This document shows positions 1 through 13,500 of a DNA stretch of 64,000 nucleotides, piece by piece (the first letter of the stretch is position 1; the number at the start of each line of letters is the position of its first letter). This DNA comes from Lama guanicoe (lineage: Eukaryota): positions 751,063-815,062 of the forward strand of contig MU053557.1 in NCBI GenBank assembly GCA_013239625.1. The letters run 5' to 3'. A program made the position numbers and the translations under genes. Below the pieces are notes generated by a model that was not told the DNA's origin, searched no databases, and saw nothing but the letters and a program-made list of their open reading frames with translations.

Positions 1-160
1 CAATGTTGTGTCAATTTCTAGTGTAGGGCACAATTTTTCAGTCATACGTGAACATATATATATTCACTTTCACATTTTTTTCACTGTGAGCCACCACAAG
101 ATCTTGTATGTATTTCCCTGTGCTGTACAGTATAAACTTGTTTATCTATTCTACATATAC
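1..160 (-). mobile_element. LINE-1 3' UTR fragment (camelid/artiodactyl type), cut by the window edge
   Basis: caatgttgtgtcaatttc...ctgtgagccaccacaagatcttg...ccctgtgctgtacagtata is homologous to the L1 3' end at 46903-47197 in this window. Confidence 0.85.
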
Positions 161-224
161 CTGTCAGCATCTGAGCTATCTGAATGCTCAGTAGCACTGG
201 CCTCAAGAGGAGACGTGTGAACTT

Positions 225-1130
225 CGGATTCTTCATTTACGTCATAAATATTTTTTGAGCTCTTGTATGGTACTGGGATAACAGCAATCAGTAAAACAGA
301 CAAGACAACCTTGCCCTGATGGAGCTTACATTCTGGTCTAGAAAAGTATATTCTAGTTTGGACCAAATAAATAACTAAAATCTGTAGTATTGTAATTGGG
401 GATAAGTTCTATGGAGAGGCATATGGCAGAGGATTGAGAAGAATGTGGGGGCAGTGGTGCCATTTTAGAGAGAGTGGCCAAGGGTGACCTCATGGTAATG
501 ATGGTGATGGAATTCTAGTAAAATTTTAAAAGAGGCAAAAGAGAGAGCCTTATAGGTATCTAGAGAATTTATTTTGCGCAGAAGGACCAGGAAGAACAAA
601 GGCCTGAGGTGGGAGTAGGTATGAGTGTTTAAGGAACAACAAGGAGACCAGAGAGGCTGAAGCTGAGTGAGTGAGCAGAAAACGGGCAGGAGATGCGGGC
701 AGAGAGGCATGTGGGCTACATGGTGTCAAGCCTGGTATGACATGGTGAGGACCTTGACTTCAACTCTGAGACCGGAAAACAATGGGAGGTTTTGAGCAGA
801 GAAATAGTGACATCTGACTTTCACTTTAACAGGCTGCTTCTTACAGTTGTGTTGGAAGTAGACTGAAGACGGACAAGGGTGAAAGCAGGGAGGCGAGTCA
901 GGTCTCCACGGCCGATTTTCTGGGCAGGGCACAAATACGATGTGGGCTGTGGTAGCAGCAATGGAGAAGGTGAGAAATGGCCTCTGGCTGTGGTGATGAA
1001 TTAGAAGACTCAAAGGTGCCTTCATGGTTTCTGTTTGGACAACTAGAAGCCTATAATGACCAAAAAAAGGGAAGACTGTTGGAGAGAAGTCTGAATTTTG
1101 GAATGTTGAGGTTAGGATGCCTGTTAATCT
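225..1130 (-). mobile_element. LINE-2 3' fragment
   Basis: Typical antisense L2 3' end (ttcatt..aaatattttttgagc..gggataacagcaatcagtaaaacagacaag..ccctgatggagcttacattct) followed by the purine-rich L2 body (gaaggaccag..aaaggcctgagg..ggttttgagcagagaaatagtgac). Confidence 0.8.
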
Positions 1131-1294
1131 CCATGGCAGAAGAAACTTTTTAAAGCTAAATACTGCCTGCCTCTCCTAAAAAAAATAAAAAATAAAAATC
1201 AGTATTATGATGTTAATAGACTACCACTTTTATTTAGTCTTATCAAAGATCCTGACCATATAAATAAGATTAAGTTGCTTTCCTAATTGAAACT

Positions 1295-1780
1295 ATCCAA
1301 TGGCTTCTCACCATCTCTAGAATAAAATCTAAGTTTTGCGGTTTTTTTACCTGAGTCTCCAAGACCTTTCCTGTGTGTGTTGCCTTGTGATACCATCCTC
1401 TTCATTCATTATGTTGCTTCTACAGGGGTCTCTTGATCATGCCAAGACTGCTTCAGTCTTAGGGACTTACAATTGCTAGTCTCTCTTTCTGGAATATTCT
1501 TTCCACTTTTTCTTTTGTACTAGAGACTCTTTCTGATCATTCAGATTGCAGACCATGTATTAGCTCCTCAAAAAGCTCCTTTGTAATCATCATTTTCTTC
1601 ATCGTACTTCTCATCCTATGAAACTATTCACTTACTTATTTATACATTCATTGATTAACTCTCCCCGCCCCTCCTCCACAGGGTATCTTATCTGATTAGT
1701 TTGCCACTGTCGTCCCAGCACCTAATACAATATCTGGCACATTCTAGGCACTCAGGAAATATCTGTTAAATAAGTGAACA
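1295..1780 (+). mobile_element. LINE-2 3' fragment
   Basis: caatggcttctc..agaataaaatc at the start; ends in cccagcacctaatacaatatctggcacattctaggcactcaggaaatatctgttaaataagtgaa, an L2 3' terminus. Confidence 0.75.
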
Positions 1781-1909
1781 GAAGTAGGAAGAAAAGAAGG
1801 ACGTAGAGAGAAAAAACACTATTCTCTCTCATAGTCAAATAAAAAAAGCATATATCACATACTGTCTTTATGTTGGCTCCAATTTTGCCTCCATTGAGTA
1901 ATGTGTTAT

Positions 1910-2110
1910 GTTATAGACCTTACACATTGCAAAGTATTTCTTGTGGGTTTTTGAACTAAGAATACAAGGTCAGATCATTTCTACTTTATTAAATTAAGGC
2001 TCACAGGGACCAGATAACTTCTCAAGCTTACACTGCTTTTACGTGACAGTCTGACCTGACCTTGAATCAATGTCTCTTGACTTTGAGCCTGGTGTTCTTC
2101 CCATACTCCG
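1910..2110 (-). mobile_element. MIR SINE fragment
   Basis: MIR core-like aaattaaggctcacagggacc.gataacttctcaagcttacac..ttgaatcaatgtct. Confidence 0.55.
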
Positions 2111-2954
2111 TGCTAGTTCTCTGTGACACCGTAGGCACTGATAATGTCACAAGAAGCAGCATGTAACCAAATGGGTCAGATAAAATTAGAAGTGGTCTCA
2201 AATTTTGCTGACTGGAGTCTTTGCCCATTTTTAGAAGTACAATCAGATTTATTAATACCTTCTGGCTCTGGTATGTTTAAATAACTATCTTAAATTTACA
2301 TACATATTCCTCAGACTGACCACGGGCAGTGTAACTGAGAATACAAGCAACTTCACTGGGAATGTGCTCCTTTTAAAATTTTTACTTGATTACAGTCTCT
2401 AGGGCTCTATAATCTCTGAGAAGCCAGAATTAACAGTGAGTTCTAATATGTTCAGAGACCACACCACTTTCCACAGCATTCATGGCAGGGTAAGGGGTTG
2501 TGAGCTATTTCCACCTGGGGATGTTTCTGGCACAGCTGTACAGAAGAGGACCCACGAGGCACTGGCCCTTGCTGCAAATGTTCTGCTGCCATGTCAGTTT
2601 ACCCGTGGCAACAACGATGCACATTGAACAGAGGTGATGCTTCAAGCGGCAGGGGCAGCATACTCCTCTGAGGGATCCTGTAGCCCAGAGGCCACACAAT
2701 TGCTGTTTTACTTGGGAATTCTCTGTCTTTACTTACTTCACTTTCATACATTGCCTTTGCTTTACTTTACTTTGCTAAACTCATTGTGCTTAGGATGGTG
2801 CATGTGTTGCGGGGTAGAGCAGAGATGCAAAATCTAACCTTAGTTCCCAGAAGTAAACAGTTTACGAGGAAGGTATAGAACTTATTTTCAAACAACTACC
2901 ATCGAAATTAGAATTTGGGATCGATGTAGCCTGGAATGTGTGGGTAAAACCTTG

Positions 2955-3130
2955 TTCCTTGGAGTCAGACAGATGTGGAGTTCAGGTTGTGGCTCTACTG
3001 CCTATGGGTTAGGTTGTTTTAGACACGGTACTTAACCTCCCTCAGGCTTGATGTGTCATTTCACATCATTACACTCAGGATATATTTATGTTCTTGGCAC
3101 ATAGTAATTGCTTGATATCTGTTAGCTTTT
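2955..3130 (+). mobile_element. MIR SINE fragment
   Basis: ttggagtcagacagatgtggagttca..ggctctac..tacttaacctccctcagg..ttggcacatagtaattgcttga. Confidence 0.6.
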
Positions 3131-3454
3131 ATGTGTGTGTGTATATATGTGTGTGTACGTGTATATGTGTATTATATATATAAACTTAAGTGGTTTCTAT
3201 TCCTTCTGGTCTTAGTAAGTGACTGCATTTTTGCATTAAGGAAATACCGTTAGTAAAGCTGGAAAGCGGGAAAGTGCAGGGTATACAGGGAAGTGACCAG
3301 TCCCAGTTTGGCCAGCTTCTATGATCTGCATGGAGAAGTCTTGAAATATAAGAGATAAATCAGAGAGAGTCAATTAAGGTGAAGCTTGAGTTTTGAGTGA
3401 GGAGCTGAGGAATCTGTATTTAAATCAACAGATGCTGGCAGGTAGTGAAGGTTG

Positions 3455-3700
3455 GTGTACCGTTTAAAAGAGAATTCTGGAGCCAAACTACCAAGGTTCA
3501 CACCCCACCTCCACTGTTCACTGCTGCATGATGCTGGGCAAATTATGTACTCTCCCTCTGCCTCAGTTTCCTTGTGGGTGATAATAGCAACGTCATAGGC
3601 TTCTTGTGAGCATCATGAGATACTACAAGTTCATTATTTGCTGAGAGCCTGGCCAAACACTAAATAAATGATAGTTGTTGTTATTACTATTATTATTAGT
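3455..3700 (+). mobile_element. MIR SINE
   Basis: tctggagccaaac..ggttca..gggcaaattatgtactctccctctgcctcagtttcct..ataatagcaac..cttgtgagcatcatgaga, then an AT-rich tail. Confidence 0.7.
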
Positions 3701-6700
3701 AGTAGTAGACCAGAACTGAGTAGCTGATTTGCAAGTAGCAGAAACAAAGATTGTCCTTTCAGTGTTATAACTAAAATCCGCTTGGTGATGAATTTTGAGT
3801 AAGACAACCATAAAAATGGCATTTTAAACCTTTTCTCCAATCCCCGAAGATCTGTATTTTCTCCAAGAGTTTCCTGACCATCTATGCACTCAATTTCTAG
3901 CTGGAAGTGATTTTAGGAATTTTGATGCAGAGCGCAATGTGCACATGCAATTTACAAATATAGACATTCCATTGGCAGCTTGTAGTTTGTGATCTGTCAA
4001 TATAGTGTCGGTAGTAAATCTATTCCTCAAAAGTTGGGTGTACATTAGTTTTTGTAAACTATTTTAAGCAAAGAAAGTGAAGCGTCTTTAGAAAAATGCT
4101 ATCATTAATTTATTTTTAAAATGTAAGGGACTGCTACACCATTTGTCATCTTGCTAAATCCAAGCGTTCATTTATTTGGGTAGGCAAAAGCCTGCAGAAA
4201 TAGTTTCTACCAAATAGTATTATGGAGAGGGCTACCAAAAGCCAAATCAGAGTTAATCTTAATTTTTTTCTTTTCTGCCTTTTCAGAAAATCTACACATA
4301 TTTCAACCTGCCATTATTAATTTTCAGCATATCAGTTTTCTTTAGGTGCAAACACTGGACAGGTGGCCTTAGTGCTTTTCATGAAAACTTAAAGTCGATG
4401 AATAATAAATAGGAATGTCACTTCTGTAGAAAAACCCAAAGAGCCGAGAGTGCTCACCTTTCATTAGCACAGGCTAGGGTGACAGCTGGCATCAGCAGTC
4501 TCACAGGTGAATTTTTCTCTCGGTGGGGTTCAACCAGATCACACAGAATCATTCCACTGAGTTCTTTGGACTTCAGGGAGATAATGAGGCTCATGTCAGA
4601 AAACCTTAATGGAACATTTTGCTGGAAAAGACATATAAGTAGATCACGCTACATTAGGCAAGTCTCAGGGCAAAGGCTGAGTGTCAGGGAAGCCTCCTCT
4701 GTCTCAAGCTATCTCTAACTCAGTGACTACAGCATGGCTATCACAGCCTAAGGCAGGTTCTTTTTTTCTCATCTTGTTTTGTCTTATTTTTCTCCTTTCC
4801 CACCTGCCTCCCACCTCCTTGCTCTTCTTTTCCATCCTTACTGTGAGTTGATGTCTCCACTTTAAAGACTTCATTTGGTCAATGACCAATAGAAACTCGA
4901 GTCTTTTTTACAACCTGTTGTTTAAAACCAGACCTACTTGGAGCCATTTCTAATTCTTCTAATAAAGAGAGTGGAGTTAAGAATATTATAATTTAGATGT
5001 GTCCGTTTGGGAAGGGATTACCAGCTACATCCAGGATGTTTTATGCTTGAGGATCCATGGTCATCTCTCCATGTACCAAATGAGCTCCCTTTCCATGGTC
5101 ATCTGTATCCTCAAGTCAGCAGTTTTCTCCTCCTACCCAACCACTTACAGGTGTTACATGTTAATATAAGAAATAATTATATATTACTGATAGATATTCA
5201 GTATATCTCTTCTAGTCATGTAATACTGGAATCTGGGTATCAGCAAACAGTTTTTATTATAATCCCCAAACCTCTATAAAAAGTGAGAGCTGTGTAGACA
5301 AACCCCCTTTCAGGGACTGTGATACTTCATGTGGTCTTGTATCCTCCTGAGCCCCAGAATTGTGACCAGCACAAAGTTTCCTCACCAACCTGATTGTCTA
5401 CTTATCAAACGTATTTCCTTTTTCAAAAGTAGGGAATAACTTTATATAGTTGTACTACTTGGAACCCCTCTTACCCCCCCCCCTTTTTTTTTGGTTCAAA
5501 AATGAACTTGCACACATATGGCTGTAGAAAATAACAATCTTTTTTTTTTTTTAAGAGGACCATTTGGGCATCTTTCTATTGATTTCTCAAGATGTTACAC
5601 GTGTTGAGTGGAGAGGAACTTGTAACAGGCTTTTTCCTCGCCTAAAAATGTATCTTTTATTACAAGTTGATATGGTGGCTGTTTGAAGGTACTTGACCCT
5701 GAGAGATTAAATGCCTCCAAAAGAAGGGGAAAATATATCTAATGAGACCAAATTAAATGCTAATGCTAATGATAGCTGGAAGCTTGTTTTATACTTGGAC
5801 CTTTAAGAGACAGCTGTTTCAAATAAAATTCCCTGTTTTTATTTATTTATTTATTTATTTATTGGATTAAAAAAAGGATTGTTGGCTATGTTTATACTAA
5901 ATCACAATCATCTTGATCCCATATGGGACTCGGGGAAGAAGTAGGCAGTTGACTGTGGGCATCTCTAGGGTAACAACCTGTTGTCTACAGACCTGTGTAT
6001 CTAAGGCCTGGGTAGGACTCCGGAGAAAACCGATCTGGTTGGCAAATGCATATCCTAACACTCACTACACGATCTGGAAAGCACTTTCCTTGAGATTAAG
6101 AATAAGTTGGCAACTCAACCAGAAGAACTTCTTTCTCTTTGAATGTGTTGACTCTTGCCCCAACTAATTTCTGATATTGAATGAAGAGGGCAAATCACCT
6201 TTAACTTCGAGAAAAGAGTAGTTTCTGGAACTTAAAGTTAATTCAATTCTAAAATCACATCATTTTGCTTCAGACAACTGAGGGGCATATAAAACTACCA
6301 ACATTTAGCAAAGAGGAAAACCTAAACCAACCATAAGATTTTGAGCAAATAAAAACCTTTGAGAATGTCTGACTCTTGGAAATGATAAAGTGGAGATTTG
6401 GAGAAATTAAGTGATTTAGCTGAGGTCGTTCAGATAATAATTGGCAGAACTAGATCTCCAGAAGTAGGTTCCTGGCTCATTCACAGTCACTCAGGGAGGT
6501 AATAACACGGCAGATGTCAGGCCAGTACTTCATCCAGTTTTTGCTCCTACAAATTGTACTGGGATGCTGTCACACCTCCACTGGATAAAATGAGATTATG
6601 GCTATTATGTTGCTATTATCTGGGTTTGAATCCAGACATTTCAGATCTAGATGCCCCATTTCTTAAACTACACTCTCTTCTTCATTGATTGGGAATTGCC

Positions 6701-7142
6701 CCTGGGAAAAGGTACAGCATCGTTTGGACACAAAACAAACAAACAAACAAGGTGCAATTATTGTTCTTTGCAGGGAGACAAGCATCACATTCTACATTCT
6801 ATTCTTATTATTTGGAGTCTAAAAGCAAAGAAACTCTTCAATTACTGTAAGTGCCATGACCTCGATCAAAACAATTGATTTCTGTGGACTTCTTTTTTTT
6901 TTTTTCTCATTTGAAAAAAAAAAAAACAAAAAACAAATGATCAGGGAGATTGCAAAATCTTATGCTAAGAGAAAGATTGCCAGAGTATCTGTTTGAGGTT
7001 CTGCAAACAGAATCATTCATAAGTTAGTTTTTAGGAACAGCGAGTAAATTTACACCTTCGTGTTATTTCCTGTGCTGCATGAGGAAGGACAGTATCAGGA
7101 AAGACAAATAACTGTAACCCCCACTGCCCCAAAGTCCCCAAG

Positions 7143-7620
7143 TGTTGCTGGAGAGTAGGCTCTTGTTTCATACAGGAAGGAATTCAAGAGCGAGTCCTAG
7201 GGAAGTGAAAGTAGATTTATTCAGGGAGATACACACTCTGTAGACAGAGCGTGCTCCATCTCAGAAGGAGAGCGGCCTTGAGGTTCGGGTGTGATTAGTG
7301 TTTATACACTGGATAATTTCACATGCTAACAAGTGGGAGAATTATTCCAAATATTTTGGGGAAGGGGCAGGGAGTTCCAGGAATTGAGCCCCCTCCCACT
7401 TTTTGGCCTTTTATGGTCAGCCTCGGAACTGTCATGGGGCCCGTGGATGTGCCATTTGGCACGCTGATATATTATAATGAGTCTATAATGAGGCTCAAGG
7501 CCTACTGAAAATCGAATCTTCCACCATCTTGGGCCTGGCTGGTTCTAATTAGTTTATGTCATGTCCTCAAGGGCTGTGTCATTTTCACGGTTGTGCCTTG
7601 TCCCCTTCCCTCCTGTCTCA
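7143..7620 (-). mobile_element. Solo LTR, ERV1 class
   Basis: TG...CA termini (tgttgctgg...cctgtctca), 478 bp, tttatt near the left end (AATAAA on minus), flanks caag/cagg (3/4 TSD match). Shares motifs with the LTR at 10783 (aggaattc, ataatgag.(g/c)tataatgag). Confidence 0.8.
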
Positions 7621-7692
7621 CAGGGAGACTTTTAATAGTGATGGTCTGTCTGTTTGACTTCCCCTGGGGCTAGACAAAAAGACATGCCTTCT

Positions 7693-7863
7693 ATATAGAA
7701 GAAATTTCTTTTCACCTATTTTTATATATCTTGCAATAACCTTTAATGAAAAAGAATATGAATACAAATATCTGTATGTATATGCATGACTGGGACATTG
7801 TGCTGTACACCAGAGACTGACACACTGTAACTGACTGTACTTCAATTAAAAAAAAATAATAAT
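7693..7863 (+). mobile_element. Short L1 3'-end insertion with poly(A), TSD and probable 5' inversion
   Basis: tatcttgcaataacctttaatgaaaaagaatatg..gggacattgtgctgtacaccag..cttcaattaaaaaaaaa. TSD aagacatgccttct (7679-7692) / aagatgtgccttct (7864-7877). Confidence 0.85.
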
Positions 7864-9539
7864 AAGATGTGCCTTCTTAATAACATTACAAAAACAACAA
7901 GAAGTCCTAAGAGGTCTAGTGACCAAAATGGAGGTTTGAGGGTCATTCATCATGTTGCTAGAGGAAAATCAGCGTTTACTAGAAATTTTAGGGCTTTAAT
8001 ACTATTGCATGGGAAGGATATTGTACCATCAGTGGGATTACACATCAGGTAAAACAGAGGCTCAGATAATAAATAAATATGCTCAACATCTCATGTAGAG
8101 AACTTGAGAAGATGTGTATTGATATCTTAAAATCTGTAAGCTATTAATAGTCGTTTCAAGTGAGGAATGGTGAGAGTTCAGAATATGCAGGGTGAAGAAT
8201 GTGGCAAAAAATTGAGCCTTCTGTAAAGCAATCTGTAGATCATAAGCACTAAGAATTTTTTTGTGTGTCATACTTATCATTCCACTTTATATTCGACTTG
8301 CTTATATATGTATCTGCATCCTTCCCAGGGCAGGTGTGTGTAAATTATTTACACTGATATCCCCCAAAGCACAATATTAAACAACTGAATTCAAGGAAGT
8401 GTTTTTATTCTAAAACACTCCTCCCACCACCAAAATAGAGGAGCCTCATCATAGAACTGTAAGAAAAAGCTTTTTATAAATGTTCATGAATCGTGAGACT
8501 CATCGCTTTTTATCTGCAAGGTAGGACAGATTCAACTGAGGACTCCTACAGTGATTCACTCCTTAGTGAATCACTAAGACAAACCTAATTGTTTCAAGTT
8601 TGCAAATCCTAAAATAACTTCAAACAACCATTTCTCTTCTTTTCATCCCATGGAGTAATCGGCAGCAGTTTGGGCATAGTTTATTGTTAGACTCTGGAAA
8701 GTCAGTTTATCATGATGACTTGTGCAGTGTTTGAGACTGCCAACTTCACCTGGGATGTCATAGCATCGTCTGTCATCCCCACCAACCTAGAAGAGCTTTA
8801 TAAGACCTGAATTGCCTGGAGCTGTATAGATCATCTGTGATCATATTTTCCCTTTGACTATATGTACCTCCCTCTTACTTCATTGAGCTATACTCCAATG
8901 TTTCAACTTCACCAAAGTTTATACTATTTAAGACTATTTATTCTTTTATGCATCAAACACAGACTATTTTCTATGTGTGAGAAGACACAATACTACTTCC
9001 TATGAATGCTAAAATATGTAAGATCAAGACATAGTGACCAATGAGATGGGAAGAATAGCTGTATGAAGACAGTGTCCTACATACACTGGAGCTTCAGTAA
9101 GTACCTACACACTGTAATTTCTGTCTTCAAAAAAACTTATAAATAAGTTGATAAGTGTCACGGTTCTATCATAGGTATTAATCATGTTATTCAGGTTAAT
9201 CATTAGAAAAATACATATTGAATGCTTTAAATGTACCCTAAAAGTGCACGTATAAAAGATGCTAGCAGGCCCTCTGCTCAAGAACCTTTTATTCCGCTGG
9301 AGAGATAATACTGGTTAAAGGTATAACCAGTGTATGTTATGGTATGATTAGAATATTAAATAACACAAGAGATAGTACATGATTATGTACAGTTGCCAGG
9401 AAATTAAAATAGATCTTAAGTGGATTTGCAAAAGTTCACAGGAGAGAGATCACCATCCCTAAAAGTCCTTGCGTCCTTCATTCACTGACACTTATACTTT
9501 AATTCAAAGTGAGAGAAATAAGAAAATTATTCATGTTTC

Positions 9540-9770
9540 TTGACTGCTTACTACTTTTAGACTTTCTACTGCTATGCTTTTTTACACTTGATCTCACTTC
9601 CTCTGCACAACTATATGAATTCAATGCTATTATACCCACTTTAGAGAAGGGGAAATGGAGGCAAGATTACTCACTCACCTACAGAGAGATGACTCTAAGT
9701 AAGGGGTGAACCTGGACTCAAATCCAAATCTATCAGTCTCAAAGGCTCACGCTTTACCACCCCACCTTCC
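9540..9770 (-). mobile_element. MIR SINE
   Basis: tattatacccactttagagaaggggaaatggaggc..ctggactcaaatccaaatct..ctcacgctttacc. Confidence 0.65.
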
Positions 9771-10782
9771 TACCTGAAAACTTCTGGTGAGCTGTACAAG
9801 GTACTAAGCATATGCTTTTGAGAACAGTCAGTGGTTAGACATGAACATAAATGCTGTCTGATCAACATCAGATTGAGATGCTCTTATAAACAAGTGGTCT
9901 ATCTGATTTCCTTTCCTATAGTCATTGAAGGATTTTGATGCCATTTCTAAATGTAGAAGATTCTGAGACAATTTAAAGAATCAGTAACTGGATGCAAAGA
10001 AGTGCCCATTTGCAGACTGCTCTATATAACCCAAACTTGTGTGTCTGCTTTGTGCTCAGTTAAGAGACTGAAAAATTGGTGTTTCCATTTCTTTGGATTC
10101 ATCCTTTAAAGATTACCTTCTTTTGCAGGAATAATAAATTTTCTTAGCAAGTATATTGTAGCATGCTTTGCACTCAGTGGATTCTCAATATATAATTGAT
10201 ATTGCCTGAGTAGGTGATGGTGATGATCCCTGAGCTCCTTACTTTAAGTCAAGACCATCAGGCTTTTTTCCAAACAGAACAAACAGGTGTCCTACCAAAA
10301 GCTAGAGAAAACCCTGCATTCATCACTTACTTTGAAATACCGTTTTCCTTGTATACCTTATTCTTTGTTTACAATGCCTTGACTACAGGAATTTAATGGA
10401 TCAGCCATTTCCCATCATGTCATAATGTTCAAAACTATCCTGTCAAGGTGATGAATCTGAAGGTGGGGAGAAGTTAACAATTCAGTTCCTAGGGACTTTG
10501 CATTCCATCTTTCCGCTAGTGTGAAGTGACAGGCGTCTATTAAGATAACTAGTTCAAAAGCTAAGAAAACTTTGGTACAAAAAGGGAAATATAGGCACCC
10601 GGTGGTCAGTGAGTAGACTGGCCCCACTCCACTCACATAGTTCATGTTAAGGACAAGAAGAAATCCTGAGCCCTAAGGCTGGATGTAGGCAACGTCTCCT
10701 GTGGCTCCATATGCAGTGTCCACATAACTAGAATCGTGGATATGGTCCAGGATGTACCCAGTAATGAGCTAGTGCATACTCA

Positions 10783-11385
10783 TGTTGCCAGAGATTAGGT
10801 TCTTCTCTCATTGCACAAGGAATTCTGAGATGAGACACGGAGGTCAAGAAAGTAAAGTGAGCATTTAATGAGTGATAGTCTGCCCTCCAGGGCAGAGCAG
10901 GCAGGCTCCAGTGAGTAACTGCCCTGAGTTTCTTTGGCCAGCTGGTTACAGAAAGTGTGAAAAATGACTGGGCAGAATAATCATTGGAGAGGGAGGGATT
11001 TGGTGTCATATTCCCTGACTCCGTCCCGGCTCCACCTTCCCGAAGGGAGGAGGGGTTTTTGTCCTTATTTAGTCTGGATCAGAAGTGTCATGGCATCAGT
11101 GCAGGACGGGTACTTCTCATCTGCAAGGCCAGTTTTATTGTAATGAGGGTATAATGAGCAAAAGGTTACTTTCGGACTCCAGAGATTCCTGCTTTTTCCC
11201 ATCTCTCTTTGCCTACCTCCAGGACACTTGTCACTCCACAATGTGTGATTTCTTATCAGTCTGGAGGTTCCTGCTTTTCTCTGTCTGCCCAAGGACCCCT
11301 GTTGTTCACAAACTGTATGGTTTCCTGCCATTTGTCCTGTGCCCCTCTTTCTCTGCTCATATCTAGCTACCTGCCTGCTGGTACA
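10783..11385 (-). mobile_element. Solo LTR, ERV1 class
   Basis: TG...CA termini (tgttgccag...gctggtaca), 603 bp, flanks ctca/ttca (3/4 TSD match), tttaat near the left end (ATTAAA on minus), imperfect internal U3-type repeats (ttcctgctttt...gga.c twice). Confidence 0.8.
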
Positions 11386-12984
11386 TTCATTGACAGTATG
11401 CAGGACTTGACCTGGAAAAAACTCAACTGTGCATGGCCTCTGAGCAGCTAAAAGGGGCCCAGCCATGTCTTGAGGAAGAAGAGATTTCAGAGGTAAAGTT
11501 TAAAAAGAAGCCAGAGATAAGATGTACAGAGAAGGAGCACCAAGATCGGCAGCCTTCTGAAGGAACATTTCCCCAGGATAAGCACCCTGTCTGCATCCCC
11601 TGAAAGGGACAAAAAGCTCAGTCCTCTTTCAGGGAGAGCAAGGTGTAGTAAGACAGATAAGTTCTTCCTGCTCCTGAGAGCAAATAATATGACTGTTTAT
11701 CGCCCACCTCCCTCCCAAAGAAAACAAAACTGTAAGGTCAGGAAAAACATAAGAAAGCTATATATTCACATGGGCACAATCACAAATGTATAATTGGTGT
11801 GGCGTGTTGGAAAAGGTAGTTGCCCATTTCTTTCTTTTTTTTTTTTTTGTAAGCTTAGCTTGTACCTTGACAGCTTCACAATTAATGTCTTATCTTTGAG
11901 TCTGTATTTACGTTGCTGAAAGAATCATTATCCTAAGAAAATGTTCTATCCTATTGGTATTATTTCTTAAGTAACTATTAATACCATTTTTATAAGTGGA
12001 TATAATTAACTCATAGACTGGCAGTTTCTTTGAAGTTCTTTCTCTGTTCTCCTTCTTAAGCTTACTCTAATCTCTGACTGTACCTTGTAAACATCTGCCA
12101 AGAACTGATGAAATGACCTCGCTTGGGTCCCAATCAGCTCAGCAACAAAGACTGTTATGCTGGGGAACTGACAGCACTGATGTAGGGGAAAAAGGAACAA
12201 ACTAAAGGCGGCATTGTAGGGGGAACACCTCACAGGCAAATCCCCCTAAAGATTCCCTTTACACAAAGCTGAGATTTTAGGAGAGACGTGTTAGAGGGAA
12301 ATAATTACTAGAATAATAACTTATACATGTGATTAAAATGCTTGTTATCTTGAAAGTAGGGTGTTTTCTTAGAAGATTAGTTTGAAAAATAATGTCAGAA
12401 ACGTCCCTTAAGTGTCCTCAAGCCTGCTTACTCCCACTCTGCTTCTGTGAAAGGGCGACGTTTGACCCAGCACATTACCTCATCCTTTGTACCTCTCTGC
12501 AGAAATTCTTTCATCCAGAGGTTTCAAAGTGTTTTTACAAATGTAAATTAACAAGCCTCATCACTTCTCTCCGTAAGAGATGGTTCATTTAAGTAACACA
12601 GAAACTTACCTAAATGGCTCACTCAAGGTCACCTGAGAAGTCCTTTGTGTAACCTGGAAATGGATATTCAAAGTATGAAAAGACTTTGCAGCCTCACTGC
12701 AGACGCAGACTCATTGCATCCCTTGGCAAGTGTCCCTGAAGGGATGAATAATCTTCTTTCATCTTTTCTGTGAGGCTCCTACCAGTTGGCCTTTTTTCAA
12801 CCTCACTGAGAACCCACATACCTGGAAACTCAGACTTTAGCCTTGCTCTTTCCAAGCCCATCTGTCCCAAAAGCTGAGTGAGGACAGGACATGAGTTTTG
12901 AGAACTTCATGAGTTACCTTGATTATATAAGTACTTGACCATATTTTCTTTTCTTTTTTTTTTTTTGCCCCCAAACTTGTCTAT

Positions 12985-13500
12985 TAATACAGTCAACAAA
13001 TATTTGTTGAATGCTTATTTAGTTGCCACTCACTGTGCTCGTCACAAGGAACACTACAGTCCTGCTCCTCCGTTCCTGAGAAAGACAGACCACGAACAAG
13101 ACGCAGATACATGGAGGTCAGCGCTATGAAGACAAATGTGGCGAGCTGGGTGAGGTGCACAGGAATGGATGGATCAGGGAAAGCCTAACTGGGTGACGTT
13201 TGGACTGAGACCTGAAGCATACAAATGAGCCAGACTTTTAAAGTGCAGGAGGCACAGTGCTCGAGGCAGAGGGAACAGCCAAAGTAGAGACAAGAGCTCA
13301 AGTGGGAAAGAATTTGGCATACTGGAAGATCGTCAAAGCTTAGTGAGTTAGCGCAAGAATAGCAGGCGATGTCGCTGCAGAGGAAGGGCAGACCTGATGG
13401 GTCCTGAGGAGTAGTGTGGCTTTTATTCTGGGAACAAGGATCAAACCATGGAGGGTTTTAAGCCAGGATGTAACATGATCTGATGAATGTTTTAAAACGA
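12985..13500 (-). mobile_element. LINE-2 3' fragment
   Basis: cagtcaacaaatatttgttgaatgctt..gacgtttggactgagacctgaag..ggcagagggaacagc..ggagggttttaagccagg..catgatctga. Confidence 0.75.

Noticed and set aside
11065..11466. Overlapping ORFs of 80-133 aa
   Set aside because: They lie largely within a solo LTR and reflect its internal repeats.
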